Source: an uncultured Deinococcaceae bacterium | GTDB taxonomy: Bacteria; Deinococcota; Deinococci; Deinococcales; Deinococcaceae | Direction: 5' to 3' | NCBI GenBank assembly: GCA_964252075.1 | Contig: CAXULY010000012.1 | Location: 57,066 to 121,065, forward strand | DNA: 64,000 bases | Shown here: positions 21,660 through 32,035 of the stretch, in pieces | Numbering within the stretch: the stretch's first letter is position 1 | Layout of the letters: each line of letters starts with the position of its first letter | Made by a program: the position numbers and the translations under genes | Notes under the pieces: generated by a model | Seen by the model: the letters and a program-made list of their open reading frames with translations, nothing else | Told to the model about the DNA's origin: nothing | Database searches by the model: none

Positions 21660-22403
21660 TTACAGGCGCCCGGCCTCGATGATGCGGTGCAGGAAGGCCT
21701 GCGTGCGCTCCTCGCGGGGGTTCGTGAAGATCTGCTCGGGCGGGCCCTCCTCGAACACCTGCCCGCCGTGCAGGAAGCACACCTTGCTGGACACCTCGCG
21801 CGCGAAGCCCATCTCATGCGTGGCGAGCAGCATGGTCATGCCCTCGCGCGCGAGCTCACGCACGATGTTCAGCACCTCCGACACGAGTTCCGGGTCGAGG
21901 GCGCTGGTGATCTCGTCGAGGAGCAGCAGCTTCGGGTGCATGGCGAGCGCGCGCACGATCGCGACGCGCTGCTGCTGCCCGCCCGACAGGGAGTCCGGGT
22001 ACACGCGCGCTTTGGCTTCCAGCCCGATGCGGCGCAGCAGCTCCACGGCCTCGGCGTGCGCCTGCTCGCGCGGGAGTTTCAGCACCTGGCGCGGGCCGAG
22101 CGTCACATTGTCCAGCACCGTCATGTGCGGGAAGAGGTTGTAACTCTGGAAGACGATGCCCACCTCGCGGCGCAGGGCGTTCACGTCCACGCCGGGGCCC
22201 GTCACGCGGTCCCCCTCGATGCGGATCTCGCCGCCCGAGATGCCCTCCAGGCCGTTGATGCAGCGCAGCAGGGTGCTCTTCCCGCAGCCGGACGGCCCGA
22301 TCAGCGTCACCACCTGGTGCTCCTCCACACTCAGGTTGATGCCGTTCAGGACGGTGGTGGGGCCGTAGTGCTTGGTGACGTCGCGGATCTCGAGGAAGCT
22401 CAC
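21660..22403 (-). CDS. Polar amino acid ABC transporter ATP-binding protein
   Basis: GPSGCGKST, LSGGQQQRVAI, LLLDEITSALDPE and THEMGFA; GTGA overlap with the permease stop. Confidence 0.92.
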   Translation of the reverse strand: MSFLEIRDVTKHYGPTTVLNGINLSVEEHQVVTLIGPSGCGKSTLLRCINGLEGISGGEIRIEGDRVTGPGVDVNALRREVGIVFQSYNLFPHMTVLDNVTLGPRQVLKLPREQAHAEAVELLRRIGLEAKARVYPDSLSGGQQQRVAIVRALAMHPKLLLLDEITSALDPELVSEVLNIVRELAREGMTMLLATHEMGFAREVSSKVCFLHGGQVFEEGPPEQIFTNPREERTQAFLHRIIEAGRL

Positions 22404-23554
22404 GAGATCTCCCCGCCGCCGCTGCGAAGGCGGGCCTGGTCGCGCTCCAGCAGGCGGTCCACGAAGCGCGCCTGCGGGATCGTGATGATCACGAACAGAA
22501 TCGCGACGGTCGTGACGGCCGACAGGTTGAAGCGGTTGCTGGCGATGATCTTCGCCTGGTTGAAGGCGTCGATGCTGCCGATGACGTTCACGAGCGCGGT
22601 GTCCTTCTGCAGCCCGATGAAGTCGTTCAGCAGCGGCGGGATGATGCGCCGCACGGCCTGCGGCACCACCACGAAACGCAGCGTCTGCCCGAAACTCAGG
22701 CCGAGGCTGCGCGCGGCGGACACCTGCGAGGGGTGGATGCTCTCGATGCCCGCGCGGTACACCTCCGCGACGTACGCGCCGTACGTGAGGGTGAGCGCGA
22801 TGATCGCCCAGAGGCTGGAGAGGTCCTCCACGCCGAGTTTGGCCTGCAGCCACGCCTGCAGGCCGTCCGTGAGGCCGGTGAGGGGCAGACCGAAGCCCAC
22901 GAGGTAGATGGTGATGATGGCGGGCAGGCCGCGGAAGATGTCGGTGTACAGGGTGGCGAGGAGCCGGATGGGGCGCCCCGCGCGGCCCGGCACGAGCCGC
23001 GCGACGGCCACCACGAGGCCCCAGACCAGGACCAGCACCTCCGCGATCAGGAAGATGTAGACGTTCACCCAGAAGGCCCGCAGGACCTCCAGGAAGCTCG
23101 ACCCGATGAGGGACAGGTCGAAGAAGGTCTTCCCGACCGACACGTCGTTCGCCACCAGGAAGAACACGATGACCGCGATGACCAGCACGGCGCCCGCCCA
23201 GCCGATCGCCACCCACGAGGACGTGCGGCTCTCGAAGGCGTGCACGCGCGCCGTCACGTAATCATTCGCGCGCAGCGCGGCGGCGGTGCGGCCGGACTCC
23301 CGCAGGCCGCGCAGGGCGGGCGTGAACAGCCCGAGGGTGGCGAGCGCCGCCAGGACCAGCGCGGCGTCCTGCCAGCCCGCGTGCGCTTTCTCCGCGATGA
23401 GCGCGGCGCGCACGCCCGTCAGCACCCAGGCGCTGAAGAGCACGACGAGCGCCGCCACCACGATGGCGGCGGCGGCCAGGACGGCGGTGCGGGGCGGCGG
23501 GGTGGGCGTGCGCGCGCCCTCCCCCACCCCGCTCTGAATCAGGGGACCGGACAT
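22400..23554 (-). CDS. Polar amino acid ABC transporter permease (extended N-terminus)
   Basis: FRGLP, AYVAEVYRAGIESI...Q..AARSLG, PQAVRRIIPPL.N.FIGLQKDTAL motifs. Confidence 0.9.
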   Translation of the reverse strand: MSGPLIQSGVGEGARTPTPPPRTAVLAAAAIVVAALVVLFSAWVLTGVRAALIAEKAHAGWQDAALVLAALATLGLFTPALRGLRESGRTAAALRANDYVTARVHAFESRTSSWVAIGWAGAVLVIAVIVFFLVANDVSVGKTFFDLSLIGSSFLEVLRAFWVNVYIFLIAEVLVLVWGLVVAVARLVPGRAGRPIRLLATLYTDIFRGLPAIITIYLVGFGLPLTGLTDGLQAWLQAKLGVEDLSSLWAIIALTLTYGAYVAEVYRAGIESIHPSQVSAARSLGLSFGQTLRFVVVPQAVRRIIPPLLNDFIGLQKDTALVNVIGSIDAFNQAKIIASNRFNLSAVTTVAILFVIITIPQARFVDRLLERDQARLRSGGGEIS

Positions 23555-23560
23555 CCGCCC

Positions 23561-24397
23561 TTACTTGAAGTACGGCACGCTGGACGGGTCGCCGCCGAAG
23601 GCCTTCGCGAGGTACGCCTGCGAGAGCTTCTTGAGGCTGCCGTCCTGCTCCATGGTCTTGATGATCTTGCTGATGGCCGCCTCGTTCGGGCTGCCCTTGG
23701 GGTAGATGGCGCCGTACTGCTCGCCCGTCTTGTACTGCCCGATCACCTCGAACTGCCCGCCGCTGGCGCTCGCCTGCGCCAGCACGATGGCGGTGTCGAG
23801 CATCGCGACGTCAATCTGCCCGGCGCGCAGGGCCGTGAAGAGGCTCGGGGTGTCCGGGAAGACCTTCACGGGCTTGCTGGGCTTCAGGACGTTCTTGAGG
23901 TAGTCCTGCGCGGTGGTGGCCTGCTGCACGCCGATGCGCAGGCCCTTGATGTTCGCGGCGGTGACGTTCGCGCCCTTCTTCACCAGCACGCCCTGGTCGC
24001 TGGAGAAGTACGGCGCGCTGAAATCCACGACCTTCGCGCGGTCCGGGGTGATGGTGATCTGCGAGAAGGCCATGTCGAAGTTCTTGTTGGTCTTGCCCGC
24101 CACGAGCGCGTCGAAGGCGACGTTCTGCACGCGCAGCTTGTCAAGGCCCGCGCGGTACGCGATGTTCGCGGCGAGGCAGTACTCGAAGCCGCTCTTGATG
24201 CTGGCGGGCGTGTCGCCGTTGAACCAGCCGGGCGCGGGCAGGTTCGTCTGGATGGACAGCTGCCCCGCCACGGCGGGCTTGATGGGCGAGCTGCCCTTCT
24301 TGCCGGTCAGGATGCAGTCCCCGTAGGTCTGGGCGCCGGCGGTGGCGGCGAGGACAGTGGCGGTGAGGGCCAGCGCGGTCAGCTTGAGTCGAGTCAT
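23561..24397 (-). CDS. Polar amino acid ABC transporter substrate-binding protein
   Basis: Signal peptide; ITIT.DRAKVVDFSAPYF, IGVQQATT. Minus-strand TATACT at 24426-24431 suggests its own promoter. Confidence 0.9.
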   Translation of the reverse strand: MTRLKLTALALTATVLAATAGAQTYGDCILTGKKGSSPIKPAVAGQLSIQTNLPAPGWFNGDTPASIKSGFEYCLAANIAYRAGLDKLRVQNVAFDALVAGKTNKNFDMAFSQITITPDRAKVVDFSAPYFSSDQGVLVKKGANVTAANIKGLRIGVQQATTAQDYLKNVLKPSKPVKVFPDTPSLFTALRAGQIDVAMLDTAIVLAQASASGGQFEVIGQYKTGEQYGAIYPKGSPNEAAISKIIKTMEQDGSLKKLSQAYLAKAFGGDPSSVPYFK

Positions 24398-24463
24398 GAA
24401 TTCCCCCTGGTCGAGACTTTGACAGAGTATAGGGGACTGCATGAAGGCTTCGCGAAGGGCGGG

Positions 24464-25558
24464 TCAATCGCCGGACAGCGCCCGCGCGAGCAGGCGGTGG
24501 AAGTGGTGCACGCCCTGCTCGCGGCGCGGCGAGAAGCGCCCGCGGTCGTAGAAGCGGCTGCGCACGCCGCGCTGCACGGCCTCCACGATCACCTCGTCCT
24601 CGCGCTCCACCCGGTCGAGACCCGCACCCGCGCCCTGGTCGAGCTTGCTGGCGTCCCACACGTACGGAATGAACGACACCCGCGTGAGGTCCGGCCCGAG
24701 GGGCCGCACGACGTTCACGGACACGCCCCATGGGTAGAAGTTGAACATCGTGTTCGGGAAGACCCAGTAGTAGTACGCCGCGATGCGCTGCCCGAAGTCC
24801 GGGCTGCCGCGCGGCAGGTCGAAGACCTGTTCGGCGCCGCTGGCGGGCGCGAGTTGCAGGTTGCACCAGTCGTACAGCTCGCTGGTGTAGTTCTCGTAGT
24901 CGAGCGCGGCGTTCAGGCCCGCGTGGATGAAGGGGATGTGGAAGCCCTCCAGGTAATTGTCGCAGTACAGCGCCCAGTTGGCGCGCACGAGGTAATCGCG
25001 GGCGCGGGTGGGGTCCAGGCGCGCGCTCGTGAGGGGCAGCCAGCCCACGCGCTCGGTGATGGGGCGCAGCAGTTCCTTCAGGCTCACCTGCGGCTGCAGG
25101 CTGGTCATGAGGAAGGTGTCGCCGTACACGCCGAAGGGCACGCGCGGCAGGCTGTCCTGGGGGCGGGGGAAGTCGCGCGCGCCGTCGAATTCCGGCATGG
25201 CCTGGAAGCGCCCGTCGAGCGCGAAGCGCCGCCCGTGGTAGCGGCAGCGCAGGAAGCGCTCCACGCCGCCCGCCTCGCACACCAGCATGCCGCGGTGCGT
25301 GCAGACGTTCGACAGCACGTGCAGGTCGTCCGCGAAGTCGCGCGTGGCGAGCAGCGGTTCGTCCAGGCAGCCTTCCAGCAGGGTGAAGGGCCATGTGGTG
25401 CCGGGCGCGCGCAGGCCGCTGAGGTCCCCCACGAACTGCCAGCTGCGCGCGAACACCTGTTCGAGGCAGCGCTCGAACCACTCGGGGCTCTTGTAGAAGG
25501 CGCTCGGCAGGGTCGCGGCGTCCTCAATGGCGGGCTCGACGTGCAGGGGCTGACTCAT
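24464..25558 (-). CDS. Rieske non-heme iron oxygenase alpha subunit (choline monooxygenase-like)
   Basis: Rieske NVCTHRG...CRYHG; mononuclear Fe motif DNYLEGFHIPFIH; ED..IVEAVQRG; AAGGAGG RBS. Confidence 0.9.
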   Translation of the reverse strand: MSQPLHVEPAIEDAATLPSAFYKSPEWFERCLEQVFARSWQFVGDLSGLRAPGTTWPFTLLEGCLDEPLLATRDFADDLHVLSNVCTHRGMLVCEAGGVERFLRCRYHGRRFALDGRFQAMPEFDGARDFPRPQDSLPRVPFGVYGDTFLMTSLQPQVSLKELLRPITERVGWLPLTSARLDPTRARDYLVRANWALYCDNYLEGFHIPFIHAGLNAALDYENYTSELYDWCNLQLAPASGAEQVFDLPRGSPDFGQRIAAYYYWVFPNTMFNFYPWGVSVNVVRPLGPDLTRVSFIPYVWDASKLDQGAGAGLDRVEREDEVIVEAVQRGVRSRFYDRGRFSPRREQGVHHFHRLLARALSGD

Positions 25559-25757
25559 GCGCGCACCTCCTTCGCGGCGAAACGCCGTTCCGCTTGGGGC
25601 GCGGGCCGCCGCGTCCACGCCCCCCTGGGTGCCGTTCGTCGTGGGTTCTCGCGTCCGCTCGGGCCACGGCGCTGAGGGAACGGCCCCTTCAGCGCCCGGA
25701 CCGCCATCCGTTCAGGTGGGTTCACAGATGCTGCCAGCATACGGTGCGGGGCGCGCG

Positions 25758-26549
25758 TCAGCGGCGGGCCTGCAGGGCGCCGCCCTCCAGCCGCTCGAAG
25801 AACGCGGCGACCTCCGTCACCACGCTGGGCGCGAAGTGCGACCCGCCCAGGTGCGGCCCGGAGTACGTGAGGAGGCGGCTCACGCTGGGCTGCGCATACG
25901 GGAAGATCGCCTCGCCGTTCGCCGCGAAGGGCACGGTCTGGTCCTGTGGGCTGCCCGCCACGAACAGCGGCAGGGGCCGCGCGCGGATGAGCTCGATGGG
26001 GTCCAGGCCGGGCGGCACGGGCGTGAGCGCGCCCTCGAAGCCGTACGCCTCGGCGACTTCCGCCTGCCGGGTGGCGTCGCTGGCGTCGTGCAGGGCCGTG
26101 GCGACGCTCACGTGCGCGTCCAGCAGCGCCACGCCGCGCACCGTGGTGTTCCCGATGAGGGCGCTGCGCAGGGCCGCGAGGCCCCCCATGCTGATCCCGA
26201 AGGCGTAGGTGTGGCCGTTCGAGCGGAACCGCAGGTCCGCCGAGCGGCGCACGTCGGTCAGGTACGCCTGCGCGGCGGGGCCGCCCCACGTGCGGGGACC
26301 GGCGTCGTTGCTGAACAGCACCGCGAAGCCGCGCGCCGTGAAGGCGTTCAGGAACTGCCCCACGAAGGGGCTGCGGGCGAACTCGGCGGCGGTGCGTCCG
26401 CGCGTGTGCGAGATCACGATGAGGGGGCAGGGGCGTTCCAGGCACGCGCGCGGCGTGAACAGGTACGCGGCGCCCTGCGGGTGGGCGATGACCTGCTGCA
26501 CCACGGGCGCCGGGGCGCTCTGCTGGGGGGGGAGGGCGGGGACGGCCAT
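25758..26549 (-). CDS. Alpha/beta-hydrolase fold protein
   Basis: Nucleophile elbow GISMGG; D.TVP and GPH; start uncertain. Confidence 0.7.
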   Translation of the reverse strand: MAVPALPPQQSAPAPVVQQVIAHPQGAAYLFTPRACLERPCPLIVISHTRGRTAAEFARSPFVGQFLNAFTARGFAVLFSNDAGPRTWGGPAAQAYLTDVRRSADLRFRSNGHTYAFGISMGGLAALRSALIGNTTVRGVALLDAHVSVATALHDASDATRQAEVAEAYGFEGALTPVPPGLDPIELIRARPLPLFVAGSPQDQTVPFAANGEAIFPYAQPSVSRLLTYSGPHLGGSHFAPSVVTEVAAFFERLEGGALQARR

Positions 26550-26628
26550 CCGGTCAGTCTGCCAGGGGTGAGCCTGAAGAACCTGAAGAAATGCCGCGCG
26601 CCTGTCTATGGGGCGCCCCGCGTGGCGC

Positions 26629-27732
26629 TCAGGACCGCCCGAACAGCACGTCACTCGCGCGGGTGCCCTGAATGGCGCGCGCCAGCAGCCACGGCACCAG
26701 CACCGCCGCGAGGGTGTACAGCGCGAACACCGCCAGGAACGCCCAGGTCTGACCGGGGAAGCCGCGGTCGTCGAAGAGCTGCAGCAGCGCCGGGTGAATC
26801 AGGTACACCTGCAGGCTCAGCGTCCCGAGCGCCGCGAAGGGCGCGGCCACGCGCGGCAGGCGGCGCGCGAAGCCCAGCGCGAGGCCCAGCAGCGTGACGC
26901 TCGCGAGGACCGTGTACGCCCAGTTGCTGAGGCTGTACTGCCACGCGATGACGGTGCCGCCGTCGATGTACGTGACGGCCTGCGGGATGTACAGCGCCGT
27001 GGCGAGCGCCAGGGCGCCCACCACCCAGCCCCAGTGGCGACTCCACCACGCGGGGAAGTCGTCCAGCCGCGCGCCGATCGCGACGCCCGCGATGATGGGC
27101 GCTATGTACCACACGACGGTGCTGGCGGGGAAGCGGAAGTGGAAGTACCGGGCATTCAGGAGGTACACCACCACCTGCACCGCGAAGCCCAGCAGCAGCG
27201 CCCACCCCACGGTGGGGCGGCGGCGCGCGAGGGGCAGCAGCAGCGGCAGGATCACGTACAGTTCCAGCGCGACCAGCATGAAGTACAGGTGGAAGCTGGC
27301 CTTGCCGTACTCCAGGTAGAACAGCCAGCGCGCGGGGTCGCTGAGTTCCGCTTGCGGGCGGTCGCCGCGCCACACGTACCACAGCACGTACAGCGCCGTC
27401 CACAGCACGTAGGGCCACATGCCGCGCAGCACGCGGCGCTGGAAGTACCGACCCAGGTCCGGGCGGCGCAGCAGGGACGCCGTGAGGAGCGCGGCGCTCA
27501 GCATCAGGAAGGCGGGCACCACGAAGTGCAGCGTGCGGTTGAAGAACTCCAGCAGCAGCGCGGTGGTGGAGCCCGCCTGCGCCCGGTCGAGCGCGAGGCC
27601 GCTCGCGTGGTGCAGCACGACCGCCAGGATGGTGAGGCCGCGAAAGGCGTCCAGCCCGGTGGTCAGGGCGTTCGCGGGCGCCGTCCGTTCGGCGGGGCGT
27701 GGCTGCGGAACGGGGGCGGGAACGTCGGTCAC
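26629..27732 (-). CDS. Acyltransferase family 3 (OafA/YrhL-like) membrane protein
   Basis: LDAFRGLTILAVVLHH, FVVPAF.MLS, HLYF and SLQVYLIH motifs. Confidence 0.88.
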   Translation of the reverse strand: MTDVPAPVPQPRPAERTAPANALTTGLDAFRGLTILAVVLHHASGLALDRAQAGSTTALLLEFFNRTLHFVVPAFLMLSAALLTASLLRRPDLGRYFQRRVLRGMWPYVLWTALYVLWYVWRGDRPQAELSDPARWLFYLEYGKASFHLYFMLVALELYVILPLLLPLARRRPTVGWALLLGFAVQVVVYLLNARYFHFRFPASTVVWYIAPIIAGVAIGARLDDFPAWWSRHWGWVVGALALATALYIPQAVTYIDGGTVIAWQYSLSNWAYTVLASVTLLGLALGFARRLPRVAAPFAALGTLSLQVYLIHPALLQLFDDRGFPGQTWAFLAVFALYTLAAVLVPWLLARAIQGTRASDVLFGRS

Positions 27733-27906
27733 GCCCTCAATGATCCGGCTGCGGATGTGCGGAGCGGTGCGACGGCGCTAAAGAAAGGCTGAATGCCGCT
27801 CCGCGCCCGCCCAGCATGAACGCCGCGTGAAACGGACGATGTGGCGGCGGGCGCGGCGCGTGGCATAGCGTGAGGCGCTGGCGCGCGCGCCCGGAAAGGA
27901 TTCTGT

Positions 27907-29379
27907 GTGACACAGCAGAGCCTGCCCTCTCAGGACCACAGTTTCTTCGGTCACCCCCGCGGCCTCGCCACCCTGTTCAGCACGGAACTCTGGGAGCGCT
28001 TCTCGTTTTACGGCATGCGCGCCCTCCTGACGCTGTTCCTCGCGACGAGCGTGCAGAACGGTGGGCTGGGCCTCGGGGAGGGGCTGGCGTCCTCCATCTA
28101 CGCGGTGTACGGCGCGGCGGTGTACCTTGTGGCGCTGCCCGGCGGCTGGCTCGCGGACCGCGTGCTGGGCCCCCGGCGCAGCGTCATGATCGGCGCGTTC
28201 GTGATCATGCTGGGACACGTCAGCATGGCACTGCCGCTCACCCCGACCATCTGGCTGGGCCTGCTGCTGATCATCGCGGGCACCGCGCTCCTGAAGCCGA
28301 ACATCAGCGCCATCGTGGGCGTGCTGTACGGCGAGCAAGACGCGCGGCGCGACGCGGGCTTCTCGATCTTCTACATGGGCATCAACCTGGGGGCGTTTAT
28401 CTCGCCCCTCATCTGCGGGTACCTGGGGCAGCAGGTGAGCTGGCACCTGGGGTTCGGCGCGGCGGCCGTCGGCATGTTCGCCGGGCTGATGGGGTACCTG
28501 TACGGGCAGCGGCACCTGGGGGACGTGGGGTTGCGGCCCGCACAACCCCTCACGCCCAGCGAGGCGCGGCACATCACGCGACGCGCGCTGCTGGCGGTCG
28601 TGGTGGTGGCGGCGCTGGCGCTCGTCGCGTGGGCGCTCGGGCGGCTGAACCTGGGCCTCGTCGTGAACGCCATGACGGTCCTGGCGTTCCTCGTGACGGT
28701 CGTGTACTTCTGGCGGGTGCTGACCGCGCCCGACCTGCGCCCCGAGGACAGGGACCGCATGCGGTCCTTCATCTGGCTGTTCGTGGCGGCCGCGCTGTTC
28801 TGGCTGATCTACGACCAGGGCGGCAGCGTTCTCACCCTGTTCGCGCAGCAGAACACCGAGCGCAGCGCCTTCGGCTTCGCCATTCCCGCCAGCTGGCTGA
28901 ACAGCCTGAACCCCATCATGATCATCGCGCTCGCGCCGGTCTTCGCGGTGCTGTGGGCGCGCCTCGGGAAGCGCAACCCGCCCACGCCCGTGAAGTTCGC
29001 GTTCGGCCTAGCGGGCGTCGGCCTGAGTTTCGTGGTGGTGAGCGTCGCGGCGGCGGGCGTCGCGGACGGCGGCAAGGCCAGTGTGTGGTGGCTGGTGCTG
29101 GTGTACCTGATTCAGACGGTCGCGGAACTCACCCTGAGCCCCATCGGCCTGAGTGTCTCCACGAAGCTCGCGCCGCCAAACCTCACGGGGCAGGTGCTGG
29201 GCCTGTGGTTCCTGGCGACCGCCGTGGGCGACGCGACGGGCGCGCAGGTGGTGAAGCTCATCGAGCGGCTGCCGCAGAGCACGTACTTCCTGTCGCTGGG
29301 CGTGACGGCCATCGTGGTGGCGGCGGTGCTGCTGGCGGGCGCGCGTCGCGTGCGACGCCTCATGCACGGCGTGAACTGA
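27907..29379 (+). CDS. POT/PTR-family proton-dependent oligopeptide transporter
   Basis: FFGHPRGL, ELWERFSFYGMR, GGWLADR and FYMGINLG signatures. Confidence 0.95.
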   Translation: MTQQSLPSQDHSFFGHPRGLATLFSTELWERFSFYGMRALLTLFLATSVQNGGLGLGEGLASSIYAVYGAAVYLVALPGGWLADRVLGPRRSVMIGAFVIMLGHVSMALPLTPTIWLGLLLIIAGTALLKPNISAIVGVLYGEQDARRDAGFSIFYMGINLGAFISPLICGYLGQQVSWHLGFGAAAVGMFAGLMGYLYGQRHLGDVGLRPAQPLTPSEARHITRRALLAVVVVAALALVAWALGRLNLGLVVNAMTVLAFLVTVVYFWRVLTAPDLRPEDRDRMRSFIWLFVAAALFWLIYDQGGSVLTLFAQQNTERSAFGFAIPASWLNSLNPIMIIALAPVFAVLWARLGKRNPPTPVKFAFGLAGVGLSFVVVSVAAAGVADGGKASVWWLVLVYLIQTVAELTLSPIGLSVSTKLAPPNLTGQVLGLWFLATAVGDATGAQVVKLIERLPQSTYFLSLGVTAIVVAAVLLAGARRVRRLMHGVN

Positions 29380-29464
29380 AGGTACTCTGGCGGTGACAGT
29401 TCCCCACGTTGCCCAGCCGTGATTTTCCTCGCCGGTGTTCCCATAAGGGGGTACAATTCCGGGC

Positions 29465-30663
29465 ATGGCGTCCCCCCTCCTCGGCGTGTACCGCGCCTAC
29501 CCACGGTCCTTCTGGGTGCTGTGGATGGGCACGCTCATCAACCGCCTCGGGGAGTTTGTGGTGCCGCTGCTCGGCTTCTACCTCGCCGCCGCGCAGGGCA
29601 TGACCACCGTGCAGATCAGCGTGGTGCTGAGCGTCCTGGGCCTCGGGCGTTTCGTGGCGGAGGGCTTCGGCGGCGCGCTCAGCGACCGCCTCGGCACCAC
29701 CCTCACCATGATCGTGTCCCTGGCGGGCGGCGCGGCCCTGCTGCTCGCGCTCGCCGCGGCGTCCGGCTTCGGGTGGGTGCTCGCGGCGGCCCTCGCGTAC
29801 GCCCTCCTCACCGCCCTGTACAAACCCGCCGTGAGCAGCGCCGTCGCGGGCCTCACCACCGGCGCGCAGCGCACGCGCGCCTACAACCTCCTGTACTGGG
29901 CCATCAACGTCGGCGCGTCCGTCGCGCCCGCGCTGGGCGGCTGGCTGGCCGGCCGGTCCTTCCGACTGCTGTTCGTCCTGGACGCCGCCACCATGGCCGC
30001 CTACGCCCTGCTGCTCGCGCTCTTCAACCGCCGCGACGGCCGCCCCGCCCCCAGGCGCGCAGCGGGCCGCTCCCTGCTGCCGCGCGACGCGCTGCTGTGG
30101 GCCTTCTGCCTCGCGTCCCTGCTGTTCGGCCTCACGTACCAGAGTTACCGCATGCTGGCCCTGGTGTTCGCGCAGCAGGGCTTCACCGCCGTACAGTACG
30201 GCGAGGTGCTGTCCATCAACGGCCTGCTGGTCGTCACGCTCGGCCTGCCACTCGGTCAGGCCATATCACGCAGCAACCACCCGCGCTGGCAGGCGGCGGG
30301 CGCCGCGCTGCTGGGCGCCGGCTTCCTGCTGCACGCCTTCGCGCACACCTTCTGGGCGCACGTCCTCGCGGTGGGGGTCTGGTCCATCGGGGAGATCGTG
30401 GCGTACAGCATCAGCAAGAGCATCATCTCGGAACTGGGGCGCGCGGACCTGCGCGGCACGTACATCGGACTGGTGGGCAGCATGTCGGGCCTCGCCACGC
30501 TCCTCGCGCCCCTGCTGGGCGGCGCGCTCCTCGCGCGCTTCGGCGCGGCACCCATGTGGAGCGTCGTGGCGGCCCTGGCCTTCACCGCCGCGCTGCTGTT
30601 CTGGCGGCTGGAGGTGCCCGTCACGGCGCGACGCGCGCGCAACGCGGACCTGCAGGCCGCCGA

Positions 30664-30667
<4 letters not shown>
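29465..30667 (+). CDS. MFS transporter
   Basis: About 12 TM segments; GGALSDRLG motif A; TACAAT 7 nt before the ATG. Confidence 0.88.
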
Positions 30668-31175
<508 letters not shown>

Positions 31176-31179
<4 letters not shown>

Positions 31180-31937
31180 AGCGTGTGCCTCACCCACACG
31201 TTCGGCTCCACGTACACCGCGTGGTCCTGCTCCACACTCACGTGCACGGGCACCAGCGCTCCCGGCACGATCACGTCCCCCGACGTGTCGAACGGCAGGC
31301 CCGTCCAGGACCGCCACGTCTGCAGCGCGGCGCTGATCGTCATGCTGCACGGCGCGACGCCCAGCACCTGCCCGCCGAGGCGCACGTGCACGCGCAGCCA
31401 CGGGTCGAAGGGCAGGCCGTCCTCCGCCTGCGTGCGCGCCACGTACGACCACATGGGCACGAGCGGCTCCAGGTGCTTCTGGTTGGGCCGCACGGGCGCG
31501 TACAGGGTGTCGAACCCCTGCGCGCGCGCGTTGTCCCGCAGGGCGCGCACCATCAGGCCCGCCAGCGCCTGCCCCTTGCGGTCCGGCCGCAGGGTGATCT
31601 CCAGCGCGCTCACGGCGTTCAGCGGTGTGCGCAGCATCCGGTCGCGGTGCGCCCAGCGCAGCACCTCGTCCCAGCCGCCCGCGGGGAGCGCCCCTCGGCC
31701 CGGCCCGCCGAAGGCGAAGGGCACGCTCGCGGCGCGCGCAATCACCGTGTCCGGCGCGGCCTCATCGAAGGCCACCAGCGCGAAGGCGCGGTAATGCGCG
31801 AAGTGCTCCGCCCCGAAGTACAGCGAGGCGGTCGGGTCGTGAAACATGAATGCGGGCCACGAGCGGGCAAATTCGTCCGACCAGAAGCCCCCCTCGAGGT
31901 CCGGCCGCTCCTGCAGGTTCACCACGCGGATGGGCAC
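31176..31937 (-). CDS. GNAT-like N-acetyltransferase
   Basis: [38 protein letters not shown] and [16 protein letters not shown] 6 nt before the GTG. Confidence 0.75.
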
Positions 31938-32035
31938 GCGCCAATCATAAAGGGCTTTCGCGTGATAGAGCCGTCCAAACACAGCCACGACCCCCGTCAC
32001 CGTGGGCTTCACGCGCGCGGGATAGAATGCTCGGG

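Noticed and set aside
27901..27917. RDRM-like 17-mer TTCTGTGTGACACAGCA at the POT transporter start
   Set aside because: It mismatches at conserved 3' positions, overlaps the coding sequence, and the gene is not an expected member of the regulon.
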